Source: an uncultured virus (IMG/VR IMGVR_UViG_3300036716_001108) (Duplodnaviria > Heunggongvirae > Uroviricota > Caudoviricetes). Taken from it: a stretch of 64,000 nucleotides of DNA. The position numbers and the translations under genes are program-made. The notes beneath the pieces were generated by a model. The model saw only the letters and a program-made list of their open reading frames with translations. It searched no databases and was not told the DNA's origin. Below are positions 1 to 9,290 of the stretch, one piece after another (position 1 is the first letter of the stretch; each line of letters begins with the position of its first letter). The stretch is taken from the IMG/VR virus record IMGVR_UViG_3300036716_001108; one strand, 5' to 3'.

Positions 1-514
1 GAATCTTTTCTTTATAACAAACCTTTGCTAATGCATATGCTTCCATATCTACAACTTCACCATAATATTGTGTTCTATCTTCTACAAAAGAATCACCACT
101 ACCACAAGTTGCTCTTCTCTTAATGTTATTATATTCAGTAATACCAAAGTCTAACATCAATGGTGGGTCATCTTCGAATGGTGTTTCACCTCTCATAAAA
201 CCTAAACCCGTAACATCCATATCTCTCTGAACAAATTTCGTACAATCAACTAATGTTTTCTTCTTAATCTTACGAGAACCAGCAGTTCCATAATTGATTA
301 TTAACTTATATGGTATATCTGAACCATACTTTCCAAAGTGTGTTGTAAGTGCATAGGTTGCATTTACTTTACCAACTCCAGTATACAATACATCATAATC
401 TTCCAATTGTCCTTGAGTCTCTAATTCAAGAGCACATACAATCAATATTCCCTTTGTCTTCTCATATCCAGTTTCTCTTTTAATTTGTTCAAGTGGTTTA
501 TCTCTATTTAACAT
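1..514 (-). CDS. mtnN: 5'-methylthioadenosine/S-adenosylhomocysteine nucleosidase (runs off window edge)
   Basis: Not in the ORF track. Manual translation from ATG at 514: MLNRDKP..LIVCALELE..TGVGKVNA..IINYGTAGS..CGSGDSF..VVDMEAYALAKVC, the PNP/MTAN family motifs. Confidence 0.85.
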   Translation of the reverse strand, partial: MLNRDKPLEQIKRETGYEKTKGILIVCALELETQGQLEDYDVLYTGVGKVNATYALTTHFGKYGSDIPYKLIINYGTAGSRKIKKKTLVDCTKFVQRDMDVTGLGFMRGETPFEDDPPLMLDFGITEYNNIKRRATCGSGDSFVEDRTQYYGEVVDMEAYALAKVCYKEKI

Positions 515-1001
515 GAACTAATCCTCGTTCTTTCACTTGTTCAAAACTATAATTTAAACCATGTGTAAAGAATAAATCACCGATAATTGTATTTACAAGA
601 AATGGTAATGCTAATGTATAACAAGTTATTAATCCTTGTATCGTGTGTGGATATCCCAATAAGAATACACCTAAGTTAGTAAGTAAGAAGAACAATAGTG
701 AGCTACCAAGTATTGTTCCATTTGTAATTGTTTTAGAATTAATACCAATGTAAGATATCATCATAAAAGATAAATATACAAACATTGTTATAGAACTAAA
801 TCCCAAAAATAAATCTGATATGAACATACACAATAATGGTAATCCAAATCCAATCCACTTATTATTAAATCTACTTCCACCAAATAATGCTATTCCTGTT
901 ATTGGAGCTATATTAGGTGGGTGTGGTATTAATCTTGTTAATACTGCTAATACTATTAAAGATACCAATACTTTATTTTTACTTATCCCATTCAAATCCA
1001 T
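504..1001 (-). CDS. Integral membrane protein, DUF6580/ECF S-component-like putative vitamin transporter
   Basis: Several hydrophobic helices; RLIPHPPNIAPITGIALFGG and CYTLALPF..NT..GDLFF motifs. Confidence 0.65.
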   Translation of the reverse strand: MDLNGISKNKVLVSLIVLAVLTRLIPHPPNIAPITGIALFGGSRFNNKWIGFGLPLLCMFISDLFLGFSSITMFVYLSFMMISYIGINSKTITNGTILGSSLLFFLLTNLGVFLLGYPHTIQGLITCYTLALPFLVNTIIGDLFFTHGLNYSFEQVKERGLVHVK

Positions 1002-1956
1002 TACCGTATGCTCCCCATTCTGATGTTTTATAATATATAGGTTTTTTTAAATCTAAAAATTTAATTATATCATTTGGATAACATGGATACCTATCTGATA
1101 CATCGTAACTACCTATCGTTCCTGTTTGTGTTCTAACTTTACAAGTTACTTGTAATGGTTCTTTCTCACCAATAGCATAACTCAGATAAACCCAACATTC
1201 TTTTAATGATTTATCTTTTAATTCTTGTACAGCAATATGTCGTGCCATATAGGCCCCACTTCTATCAACCTTACTTGGGTCTTTACCACTATATGCTCCA
1301 CCACCGATTGGTACTCGTGGCCCATAATTATCCACAACTAATTTCCTACCAGTCAATCCTACATCTGCATCAAATCCACCTTGTTCCCAATCTCCTGCTG
1401 GATTACAATGAATTTTAAATGGTAATTTCAAATCAAAGTCTAACCACTCTACTACTAATTGTTCTAATATTTCCTTTTTAACATTTTGGAAACTTACTAC
1501 AATATGTGTTATTTGATTATCATCTAATGTTATTTGTGTCTTACCATCATATGGAAATCTTTCGTAAATATATCTACACAAACTTCTTGCTAATCTATAT
1601 TCTTCAGGTACATACTCAACATTCTCATCACAGGCGTAACCAACCATAATGCCTTGATCACCTGCACCACCATCGTCAACACCACGAGATATCTCTGGTG
1701 ATTGTTGAACTAATTTAACTTGAATACGATTACCTTTTCCTACAACATCTTCTACCAAATCATTAATTGGTAATTCTTTTTTTGTATCAACTGTAACCTC
1801 ACCATTAATAAAAATGTAACCATGTCCGCCCATAGTCTCAACCGCAACTCTTGAATTGGGGTCGAGACTAAGACAGTAATCTAATATCGTATCTGATATT
1901 CTATCACATATTTTATCTGGGTGGTTAGGTGATACGAACTCTGCCGTTCTTATCAT
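979..1956 (-). CDS. metK: S-adenosylmethionine synthetase
   Basis: HPDKICDRISD, GAGDQGIMVGYA, GLTGRKLVVDNYG, GGAYSGKDPSKVDRSGAY. Confidence 0.97.
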   Translation of the reverse strand: MIRTAEFVSPNHPDKICDRISDTILDYCLSLDPNSRVAVETMGGHGYIFINGEVTVDTKKELPINDLVEDVVGKGNRIQVKLVQQSPEISRGVDDGGAGDQGIMVGYACDENVEYVPEEYRLARSLCRYIYERFPYDGKTQITLDDNQITHIVVSFQNVKKEILEQLVVEWLDFDLKLPFKIHCNPAGDWEQGGFDADVGLTGRKLVVDNYGPRVPIGGGAYSGKDPSKVDRSGAYMARHIAVQELKDKSLKECWVYLSYAIGEKEPLQVTCKVRTQTGTIGSYDVSDRYPCYPNDIIKFLDLKKPIYYKTSEWGAYGNGFEWDK

Positions 1957-1974
1957 GTAACTCCCTTTTAGTTT

Positions 1975-2217
1975 CTATTTGTTATACCAGGGACACCACT
2001 TGTGGCAAAATGCCTTAGCGTCCGTATAGAAACTTGTTCTTGTTAAAAGATAAAATATTTCTATTGTTCCTAACAACTGAATTAATCCAATTGCTAAAAA
2101 CCAATATTTATCTTTTCTCGCAGAATACCACAAACCTGTTAAAGTCCATAGTACTTCCCATATAACTATTAAACATATTAGCCATGGGATTTCTGTGATT
2201 TGTATTAATTGATCCAT
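1975..2217 (-). CDS. Small membrane protein (DUF5652-like)
   Basis: Two hydrophobic segments; GLWYSAR..WF..LGTIEIFYL pattern; GAGGAG RBS. Confidence 0.55.
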   Translation of the reverse strand: MDQLIQITEIPWLICLIVIWEVLWTLTGLWYSARKDKYWFLAIGLIQLLGTIEIFYLLTRTSFYTDAKAFCHKWCPWYNK

Positions 2218-2232
2218 ATTACTCCTCGTTGT

Positions 2233-2421
2233 TTATTGATCCGATGCTACCGAAATCTTTCTATATTCAGTAACAAGTTTTTTTACATTACCGATAGCTT
2301 TACGAGCTCTTCGTCCAGCTGCTTTATTTCCTTTAGCTGCATGTTCATTATGGTTTGATTCGAATTCATCCCATAATTTGTGTAATTGTTCATTGATTCC
2401 ATCTAAATGTACATTTGCCAT
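2233..2421 (-). CDS. Small basic Hc1/'histone H1'-like nucleoid protein
   Basis: KGNKAAGRRARKA..KKLVTEYRKIS motif typical of the ~60-aa bacterial 'histone H1' family. Confidence 0.75.
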   Translation of the reverse strand: MANVHLDGINEQLHKLWDEFESNHNEHAAKGNKAAGRRARKAIGNVKKLVTEYRKISVASDQ

Positions 2422-2432
2422 AACTTTTCTCC

Positions 2433-2936
2433 TTATTCATATGTCATAACTGATTTAACTTTATCTTGGTTTAAGAACTTTAAATTGATTAGAAATATTT
2501 CATCTACTATATCATATCCAGCTTCATAAACCAACTCTTTGGCTGCTTTCGCAGTACCACCTGTGGCATAGACATCATCGACTATAACCACTTTACCCTC
2601 ACCCTGTTTAATTTCTAAAGTGTCTTTTCCATATTCTAATTCATACTCTTTAGAAATTACTGGTGGTGGTAACTTACCCTTTTTTCGTAGTGGGATAAAA
2701 CTACAATTCATTCTCTTTGCTAAATGTGCTCCGAAAATAAATCCTCTTGCCTCAATACCAACTATGTGAGACGGTTGAACATTTTTACTATCCAACAAAC
2801 CTCTCATTGATAGAGTTGCAAATTCTAATGCATTTGTATTTGCTAATAATGGTGTTATATCTTTAAATGTAATACCATCTTTGGGCCAATTTGGCACATC
2901 AACTATATAATCTTTTAAGTTCATATTACTCACCAT
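2433..2936 (-). CDS. apt: Adenine phosphoribosyltransferase
   Basis: FKDITPLL, IEARGFIFG, RKKGKLP, YELEYG, PRPP motif VVIVDDVYATGGT. Confidence 0.95.
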   Translation of the reverse strand: MVSNMNLKDYIVDVPNWPKDGITFKDITPLLANTNALEFATLSMRGLLDSKNVQPSHIVGIEARGFIFGAHLAKRMNCSFIPLRKKGKLPPPVISKEYELEYGKDTLEIKQGEGKVVIVDDVYATGGTAKAAKELVYEAGYDIVDEIFLINLKFLNQDKVKSVMTYE

Positions 2937-2966
2937 TACTGTTCTATAGAATAAATATACATATTT

Positions 2967-3320
2967 TTACTTAATATGTACTGATAAATTGATATATAAA
3001 ATAACACCAGCTAATATTAATGATATTATAATCCTTTGACTTGGAACTTCATGTAATACTAATGCTGTCAACATACCAAATGTTAATGTTGCTATACCAA
3101 ATCCAATAGGTCTAACTGACCAATAATCTCCAAAATATGCATAGAACATTCGAGTGGAATAGTAAAATAGATAACTAATAGGAATACCACCAAGTATTAT
3201 CCACCATTGAGATTTTGCCCATTCCCATCTAAACTGTCCATTCATATGAAACCAAGCTATTACATTTCCCAAAAAACTCATACCTAATGCTGTAACTAAT
3301 AACCAAATTTTATCGTTCAC
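2967..3320 (-). CDS. Four-helix membrane protein (SMR/DMT-like size and topology)
   Basis: About four hydrophobic segments in 117 aa. Confidence 0.5.
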   Translation of the reverse strand: MNDKIWLLVTALGMSFLGNVIAWFHMNGQFRWEWAKSQWWIILGGIPISYLFYYSTRMFYAYFGDYWSVRPIGFGIATLTFGMLTALVLHEVPSQRIIISLILAGVILYINLSVHIK

Positions 3321-3547
3321 TAATACTCCTCTCCATAGAGTGAATATTTCTTAATTGGTTCTGGTTTTTCTTTACCATCTTCAGCATGTACTTCACCCTT
3401 ACCTGCATCTATATAAAAATTTGTTAATCCTGTATCCATATAAATTTTATTTAATGCCTCTGTTAATGATGAATATATTTGTTCACCATCATCTGTAAGT
3501 GCCCATCTGTCTCCAGGTGGAACTCTTGTTGCTTTAAGTTCCTTCAT
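3320..3547 (-). CDS. Hypothetical phage protein
   Basis: ORF tightly coupled to neighbours. Confidence 0.55.
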   Translation of the reverse strand: MKELKATRVPPGDRWALTDDGEQIYSSLTEALNKIYMDTGLTNFYIDAGKGEVHAEDGKEKPEPIKKYSLYGEEY

Positions 3548-3746
3548 CGAATAACTCCAATTGATTTTTATTTTTAAATTCCACTTCAGGTGGAAATGGA
3601 TATTGAGTAAACATTCTACCTGTTGGTTGTTTCGTTTCCCAATTTATTTCTTCTTTATTCTTCATATCATAATCACCAAATGAGCGCCTAAATACTGTTT
3701 TGCCACCATCAGGTGATTCATAAATATATTTATCCTTGTTCTTCAT
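3534..3746 (-). CDS. Hypothetical phage protein (YESPDGGKTV motif)
   Basis: Motif resembles small proteins of marine T4-like phages; coupled ORF. Confidence 0.55.
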   Translation of the reverse strand: MKNKDKYIYESPDGGKTVFRRSFGDYDMKNKEEINWETKQPTGRMFTQYPFPPEVEFKNKNQLELFDEGT

Positions 3747-3978
3747 TTAATAATTCCTTTGGTTTCTTAATTGGTTCTAAGTTAAAATACTTATCCAACA
3801 CTCCAATCAAATCATTATACTTTACAATCTCTTCTAACTCTTTTTCTATCGTATCCATGATATCAGGGTGGTCTGCTACACCTTGAGAATTTCTTAACAA
3901 GTTCTCAACATTAATTCTGTGTTTCTCAACATGAGCCCTAAAGTGTAATCTACTTGCTTTTAATAATTCATCTCTCAT
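3730..3978 (-). CDS. Conserved hypothetical protein of marine T4-like phages
   Basis: KHRINVENLL..GVADHPDIMDTIEKELE pattern. Confidence 0.6.
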   Translation of the reverse strand: MRDELLKASRLHFRAHVEKHRINVENLLRNSQGVADHPDIMDTIEKELEEIVKYNDLIGVLDKYFNLEPIKKPKELLNEEQG

Positions 3979-4551
3979 CTATTTTCTCCATATTTTTTTA
4001 TCTCTCAACCAGTAGGTTGAATTCTTTATCGTATTCATATCTTCTTCTAATTGTTTTATTCGCTGTCCAAGTTGGACATTTAGTTGATTAATATAATCAC
4101 TCTGTTCTTTTAATTTATTTTGTTCTTCTTCAGTTATATCAATTGTTTCATTTAAATCTTCTGATAATCCAGCAAGTATTGTTCTATGATTAGTTATTGA
4201 TTCATTGTGTTGTTGACTTAATTCCAATAACCTTTGATTAACATCATCAATAGATTTATCATACTCACTAAAGAAATCTGATAATGATTCAGCTGAAGTT
4301 TGTCCTTCTTCAACCATTTTACCAAGAAATGTAACATCGTCTAATATCTTTCTTAACTCTGTTGTATATAATCTAATTGTTTTTGGATTTGATACATCTA
4401 CAAAAGCATCTACCTTTTCTGATATTACTACATACTCATCCATAACTCTTTCAAGTGATTCTTCACTTCTTTCTATACCATAATATAATCCACCACTAAA
4501 ACATCCTGCTCCAATTAGTGTTAATATAATTGTTTGTATTACCTTATTCAT
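3979..4551 (-). CDS. Membrane-anchored coiled-coil protein
   Basis: N-terminal hydrophobic segment followed by long heptad-rich region. Confidence 0.6.
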   Translation of the reverse strand: MNKVIQTIILTLIGAGCFSGGLYYGIERSEESLERVMDEYVVISEKVDAFVDVSNPKTIRLYTTELRKILDDVTFLGKMVEEGQTSAESLSDFFSEYDKSIDDVNQRLLELSQQHNESITNHRTILAGLSEDLNETIDITEEEQNKLKEQSDYINQLNVQLGQRIKQLEEDMNTIKNSTYWLRDKKIWRK

Positions 4552-4552
4552 T

Positions 4553-5050
4553 TTACTCCTTACCTACAAATTTATTAGATTTGTATTTAACCTTCCTTTT
4601 CGTTCTCAATTTACTTTCAGATTTAGTTTTCTTCTTATGACAGGTTTTACATAATGTTTGTAAATTGTCAATTGAATAATAACTCCAATCTAAATCTTCT
4701 GCTACCACTCCCTTTTGTTCAACCAAAGGATTAATATGGTCTACATCCCACTTAGGAGCAAAACTACCACAATGATTACAAACTCCTTTATCCCTTTTAC
4801 GAACATGGGCTCTTTGTTCACGACTGTGGTAAATCAACATATATTCAGTTGCACAATCTTTATGCCAACTTTTTCTTTCATTGATTGAATCATCTTCTTT
4901 TATAATCATCAACCCACACCATCTACATTGTCCTTTTATCTTCGTCCAATAACTATCTGGCTTTGGTGGTTTTCTAAAGTCTCCATCCCATTTTTCTTTA
5001 TCTCTACCAAAAGTTTTCTTATGCCGTTTGGTATATCTACTTAACGGCAT
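4553..5050 (-). CDS. HNH endonuclease
   Basis: CNHC..WDVDHINP..NLQTLCKTCHKKKT, plus a second CxxC..HxxC zinc motif. Confidence 0.88.
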   Translation of the reverse strand: MPLSRYTKRHKKTFGRDKEKWDGDFRKPPKPDSYWTKIKGQCRWCGLMIIKEDDSINERKSWHKDCATEYMLIYHSREQRAHVRKRDKGVCNHCGSFAPKWDVDHINPLVEQKGVVAEDLDWSYYSIDNLQTLCKTCHKKKTKSESKLRTKRKVKYKSNKFVGKE

Positions 5051-5065
5051 AGAATAACTCCATAG

Positions 5066-5138
5066 TGGAGCTGACAGGGTTCGAACCTGCGACCCCCACA
5101 GTGCAAGTGTGGTGCTCTCCCAACTGAGCTACAGCCCC
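5066..5138 (-). tRNA. tRNA-Ala(UGC)
   Basis: GGGGCTGTAGCTCAGTTGGGAGAGCACCACACTTGCACTGTGGGGGTCGCAGGTTCGAACCCTGTCAGCTCCA; cloverleaf, G3:U70 pair, CCA not encoded. Confidence 0.95.
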
Positions 5139-5148
5139 AGCTCTCGGA

Positions 5149-6186
5149 CTATAACAAATGTGGTCTAGCTTCAACTTGACCTGCTCTCGTTACTTCCACT
5201 AATTCTACTATTGAATGAAACTCATCAATATTGTTAGCCCCAACATAAGAGAAAGAGCTACGAACTCCATCGCCAATGTCGTGAAGTATTCGTTTTGTCT
5301 TTCCTTTATATGGAATAACTTTATGATTTCCCTCAACATTCTTATCACTCCTTTTAGAATCTCTTGATGCAGAACCTCTATACTTTTTAAATAACTTTTC
5401 GTTAGGCCATTCGCCTATCTTTTCAATTTCTCCTGGACTTTCTTTAGTACCTGATAAAAGGGAGCCCAACATAACCGAGTCAGCCCCACAAGCAAGTCCT
5501 TTACACACATCACCAATATTCCTAATACCACCATCAGCGATAACGGGAGTGTTATAAGTATCAGCAACAGCGACACAATCAATGATAGCAGACACCGTAG
5601 GGATTCCGACACCCGTTCTAATTCTCGTTTCACATAAGCTTCCATTACCAATTCCGACTCTAATTCCATCCGCTCCTCTTTCACATAAGTATTCACACGC
5701 TTCTCCTGTTGCAACTGAGCCAGCAATGACTTCGATTGTTGATAATCTGGTTTTGATTTCTTCAATTGCTTCTCCTACTAATTTATGATGCCCATGAGCT
5801 ACATCTATAAGTAGTACATTACATCCATTCTTTACTAATTCTTGAGACCTTTCTAAGTAATCTTCAGTAACTCCTACAGCTGCACATCTTGGTGAAGCTT
5901 TATTTACTATAATATGTTCAGTTCCAGGCATATAACATAATTCATTTATCATTTTTGCCTGTTTTTCAATAGACATAAATCTATGAACAATACCTACACC
6001 ACCCCATTCCATCATTTCCCTAGCCATATCTAATTCGGTAATTGTATCCATTGGTGATGAAACTATTGGAAAGGCTATATCTATGTTCTTAGTGAACCGT
6101 GTTCTTATATTGATTTTATCGCGATGTTTAACTTCCGAGTATTTCGGAACTATATTTACATCATCATATGTATAACATTTTTTCAT
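5149..6186 (-). CDS. guaB: IMP dehydrogenase / GMP reductase family protein without CBS domains
   Basis: [26 protein letters not shown] catalytic Cys loop, IADGGI, YRGSAS; GuaB versus GuaC cannot be settled by eye. Confidence 0.85.
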   Translation of the reverse strand: MKKCYTYDDVNIVPKYSEVKHRDKINIRTRFTKNIDIAFPIVSSPMDTITELDMAREMMEWGGVGIVHRFMSIEKQAKMINELCYMPGTEHIIVNKASPRCAAVGVTEDYLERSQELVKNGCNVLLIDVAHGHHKLVGEAIEEIKTRLSTIEVIAGSVATGEACEYLCERGADGIRVGIGNGSLCETRIRTGVGIPTVSAIIDCVAVADTYNTPVIADGGIRNIGDVCKGLACGADSVMLGSLLSGTKESPGEIEKIGEWPNEKLFKKYRGSASRDSKRSDKNVEGNHKVIPYKGKTKRILHDIGDGVRSSFSYVGANNIDEFHSIVELVEVTRAGQVEARPHLL

Positions 6187-6193
6187 AAAACTT

Positions 6194-6310
6194 TTATTTC
6201 TTTTTAATATACCTTATCATCCATATCCAGTAAGCTACACCTACTATTGTTATCACCACTCCTGGTAAATCTAATTCTATCATACATTTGTCCAAACAAT
6301 GAACAATCAT
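6194..6310 (-). CDS. Small membrane peptide (38 aa)
   Basis: Manual translation MIVHCLDKCMIELDLPGVVITIVGVAYWIWMIRYIKKK; TATTTATA motif just upstream. Confidence 0.4.
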   Translation of the reverse strand: MIVHCLDKCMIELDLPGVVITIVGVAYWIWMIRYIKKK

Positions 6311-6363
6311 AACCACTCATATATAAATATAAGTGAACATATGAAAAACCACTTTTTTTTCTA

Positions 6364-6440
6364 TGGTCGAGATGGCTGGATTTGAACCAACGGCCTCTTA
6401 CTCCCAAAGCAAGCGTTCTACCGGGCTGAACTACATCTCG
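6364..6440 (-). tRNA. tRNA-Pro(UGG)
   Basis: CGAGATGTAGTTCAGCCCGGTAGAACGCTTGCTTTGGGAGTAAGAGGCCGTTGGTTCAAATCCAGCCATCTCGACCA; encoded CCA. Confidence 0.93.
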
Positions 6441-6443
6441 TAG

Positions 6444-6523
6444 TGAGTGCGATAGGATTCGAACCTACTTGATGGTTAAATGGATTTACAGTCCACCCCC
6501 TTACCAAATCGGGCTACACACTC
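6444..6523 (-). tRNA. tRNA-Tyr(GUA), atypical D-stem and variable arm
   Basis: Acceptor GAGTGTG/CGCACTC-A, anticodon loop CTGTAAA, T-arm GTAGG-TTCGAAT-CCTAT, 11-nt variable region. Confidence 0.85.
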
Positions 6524-6539
6524 ATAATTGAATTATATG

Positions 6540-6569
6540 AATATACATATAAAACTATATATGAGTCAA
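6540..6569 (-). promoter_or_regulatory. Sigma70-like phage promoter TTGACT-N18-TATATT driving the tRNAs
   Basis: Copy of a motif repeated seven times in intergenic DNA. Confidence 0.8.
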
Positions 6570-6715
6570 GCACTTTTTTTTATTATTTCCCAAGTGAATG
6601 TTTTTCTGTTTCGTTGGTACTGTTCCATTGTCCATTCAATATCACTCGTCTTTAAAGTTATTACCTCATTTTCTTCAGAGTGTGGGGCATAAGTTATTTT
6701 AATCTCGTAATACAT
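6566..6715 (-). CDS. Small hypothetical protein (49 aa)
   Basis: Manual translation MYYEIKITYAPHSEENEVITLKTSDIEWTMEQYQRNRKTFTWEIIKKSA; start overlaps stop of carbamoyltransferase. Confidence 0.55.
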   Translation of the reverse strand: MYYEIKITYAPHSEENEVITLKTSDIEWTMEQYQRNRKTFTWEIIKKSA

Positions 6716-8199
6716 TAATATACATTAACTCCATATTTCTTCTCAAACCCTACTGCGTCAATATAACTATTGACAATAGGCTGTCCTTTTATATTTAGAC
6801 TGGTATTGAGAACCATTGGACAGCCTGTCGCCTTGTAGAATTCTTTTATTAATTTATAGTATCCTGGGTTATCTGATTTACTTACAGTTTGTACTCTTGA
6901 AGTTCCATCTACATGACATATAGCTGGATACTTCTTAGGATACTTACATTTGGCTACAAACTGCATAAATTGACTCTTTTGAACTGGCATCTCAAATATC
7001 TCATGAGCATGTTCTTCCAATACTGATGGAGCAAATGGACGAAACTTCTGTCTATGTTTAATCGCATTTACTTTATCTTTAATATCTTTACCACGAGGGT
7101 CTGCAATCAATGAACGATTACCTAAGGCCCTGGGCCCGAACTCCGCTCTACCATTTGCAACCCCAACAATATTACCACTTAATAACTCTTTCAATACTTT
7201 CTTTACTGGGTATCTACCCTTTATATCATAACCTAAGAAACAATTATTAAAGTTAATGTGTTCACCTAATACATAAGATGCACATCCCATTGAACTTCCA
7301 CCATCTCCTGGGTTTGGTATAATCCATATGTCTGGATACAACTCTTCTGCTATCATAGAGTTAGCCACACAATTCAAAGCAACACCGCCACCATAACACA
7401 TATTGTTTGTCTCTGGTACTAATCGTTTAGCCAATTCAAACACTTTATAAATCTCTTCTTCACAAATACTCTGTACATTAGCTGCAATATTAAACTTCCA
7501 CTCGTCTGAACCATCATCAGGATAGAACTCTGGATTCCAACCTAAACAACCTCTATGTAAATTCTGTTTTAACTTAATAGGTAATTTATTAGGATAGAAA
7601 AAGTCTTTCTTAATATGATGTTTTAATTCTTCATCGACTTGACCCCATCCTGCCATTCCCATAAGAATGTATTCATCTTCTTGTGGTTTCAATCCTAATC
7701 GTTGAGTCATAGCACTATACCACAACCCTAATGAGTTTGGATAACTTATTGAATATCTCTTCTCGAAGTGTGAACCCCAAGCATACCATATCGTACAAGT
7801 CTCGAACTCACCAATTGCATCTATACAAACAATTGCACTCTCATCATAAGGTGAAGTGTAATATGAAGCAGCTGCGTGAGATTGGTGATGGTCTACATAC
7901 TCGTCTATCTTAATTCCAAATTGTTTTAAATAGGTGGATGGTAGATTATCAAGAGAGAGAACTTCTGAATTTTGTCCAGCAATCATTTGTCTTAACTTCT
8001 TCTTAAAAGGCCTTTCGTAATACACAACCTTATCGTATGAACCAAATCGGTTAACATCAGCTATAATAGCTTCATTAAGATTGGAATCATTCTTGATTCC
8101 ACTATATCGTTCCGAGTGTCCAGCAAATAATATCTCTTTACCATCCAATAGAGTAAGACAAGCATCGTGGTTAAGTGCGTTAATTCCTAATATCTTCAT
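6715..8199 (-). CDS. Carbamoyltransferase (NodU/CmcH/TobZ family)
   Basis: HDAC, ERYSGIK, HHQSHAA, DAIGE, GGVALNCVAN, EFGPRALGNRS, FRPFAP, HVDGTSRVQT, LNTSLN. Confidence 0.95.
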   Translation of the reverse strand: MKILGINALNHDACLTLLDGKEILFAGHSERYSGIKNDSNLNEAIIADVNRFGSYDKVVYYERPFKKKLRQMIAGQNSEVLSLDNLPSTYLKQFGIKIDEYVDHHQSHAAASYYTSPYDESAIVCIDAIGEFETCTIWYAWGSHFEKRYSISYPNSLGLWYSAMTQRLGLKPQEDEYILMGMAGWGQVDEELKHHIKKDFFYPNKLPIKLKQNLHRGCLGWNPEFYPDDGSDEWKFNIAANVQSICEEEIYKVFELAKRLVPETNNMCYGGGVALNCVANSMIAEELYPDIWIIPNPGDGGSSMGCASYVLGEHINFNNCFLGYDIKGRYPVKKVLKELLSGNIVGVANGRAEFGPRALGNRSLIADPRGKDIKDKVNAIKHRQKFRPFAPSVLEEHAHEIFEMPVQKSQFMQFVAKCKYPKKYPAICHVDGTSRVQTVSKSDNPGYYKLIKEFYKATGCPMVLNTSLNIKGQPIVNSYIDAVGFEKKYGVNVY

Positions 8200-8384
8200 G
8201 ATTCACCTTCTTGACCAATGGGTGTTTCTAATAATATCTTTTCATAATAATACTCTTTAGCCTCTATGACTAATTTATCAAATTCATCACTTGTTAAAAT
8301 GGCGGGTTTCCCTTGAAGAGATAGTGTGTTGTAATGTGTGAGTATAAAATCTATAATGGTAGAGTCAATCATTGATGTCTTCAT
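8196..8384 (-). CDS. Hypothetical protein
   Basis: Coupled ORF (ATGA overlaps). Confidence 0.55.
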   Translation of the reverse strand: MKTSMIDSTIIDFILTHYNTLSLQGKPAILTSDEFDKLVIEAKEYYYEKILLETPIGQEGES

Positions 8385-8632
8385 GCTTCACCATACTCCA
8401 TAGGTAATCCCATAATGTTCAGTAAGTCAAATAATAGAGGACGATGTTCAGGGTATTTAGATAAAGTGGTTAATAGATTTACTACATATTGGTGTGGGAT
8501 AGAATCTAAATCTTCATCTATCATTATAATGAATTGATCAATAAAGGTTTGTATGGCTACTTCTAACTCATGAGGTAATCCCTTTATAACTCTCTTGTGT
8601 TTAATTCTATTTATATCTTCTTCGTAGGACAT
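8381..8632 (-). CDS. Hypothetical protein (start probably MSYEED)
   Basis: ORF-track ORF 8381..8683; internal ATG more plausible. Confidence 0.5.
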   Translation of the reverse strand: MSYEEDINRIKHKRVIKGLPHELEVAIQTFIDQFIIMIDEDLDSIPHQYVVNLLTTLSKYPEHRPLLFDLLNIMGLPMEYGEA

Positions 8633-8845
8633 CTGAACCAGTCTATTAGTGAATAACATTAATACTACATATATAACTATCATAAGAAAGCCTCTAAATG
8701 TAATATTTTTTTTATAGTATTTTTGACAATGGAGCGAAATTGATTAATGCTCACAGCCATGGAAACGGGCTTCATAACATGAACAAAACTATCATTAACT
8801 GCTTAGGTGTAAATTATGTCGTGATGGTTGAGTACGCCAGGCCCC

Positions 8846-8858
8846 TGACATTATGTCA
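8846..8858. promoter_or_regulatory. Operator-like palindrome TGACATTATGTCA
   Basis: Perfect 6-1-6 inverted repeat; related copies at 8996, 9906 and 9988. Confidence 0.45.
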
Positions 8859-8980
8859 TAGTGTTTACCCATTGACGACTTAATACCCCCTACCCCTTCA
8901 TTTGTGTGTAGTTGAGCAGTTGTGATGGTGGCGATACTGTGTAGTGATTCCTACATACATACGCGTGGAGTAGTGGTAGT

Positions 8981-9009
8981 ACTATACTGTGAGCCTGTCA
9001 TCTTGTCAA
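8981..9009 (-). promoter_or_regulatory. Near-consensus sigma70 promoter TTGACA-N17-TATAGT
   Basis: Read directly on the minus strand. Confidence 0.65.
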
Positions 9010-9113
9010 GTGCAATATTTTTTAGTGCATCCGCCCGAATTATGCCCGAATCCGAGACTGATTCCAAGCCCTTTATCCCAAACCGCTCCCAAATTTTAGG
9101 CTAAACCCCCTAT

Positions 9114-9143
9114 AATATACGAATAAAAGCCTATATAAGTCAA
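9114..9143 (-). promoter_or_regulatory. Phage promoter TTGACT-N18-TATATT
   Basis: Repeated motif; spacer nearly identical to the copy at 13136-13165. Confidence 0.8.
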
Positions 9144-9162
9144 GCACTTTCTCCCGAATAGG

Positions 9163-9255
9163 CAAAAAAAATTGGATTAATCACTCACAATGGCCGTAAA
9201 AGTAGTCTATTGGGTGAGTAATCCAAGCTATATTGGTGGGATTATTAAGCGTTTT
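9163..9255 (-). ncRNA. Candidate ~90-nt small RNA ending in hairpin plus U-tract
   Basis: Promoter 9261-9290 upstream; stem UUGGAUUA/UAAUCCAA (9172-9226) followed by a U8 run; no minus-strand ORF. Confidence 0.55.
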
Positions 9256-9260
9256 CCTAT

Positions 9261-9290
9261 AATTTACAACAAAAAACCTATACAAGTCAA
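9261..9290 (-). promoter_or_regulatory. Phage promoter TTGACT-N18-TAAATT
   Basis: Repeated motif variant. Confidence 0.75.

Noticed and set aside
6204..6407. 67-aa ORF in the track
   Set aside because: Its 5' part lies inside tRNA-Pro; a 38-aa ORF in another frame is more plausible
8723..8751. Plus-strand TTGACA promoter
   Set aside because: No acceptable -10 hexamer at 16-18 bp spacing
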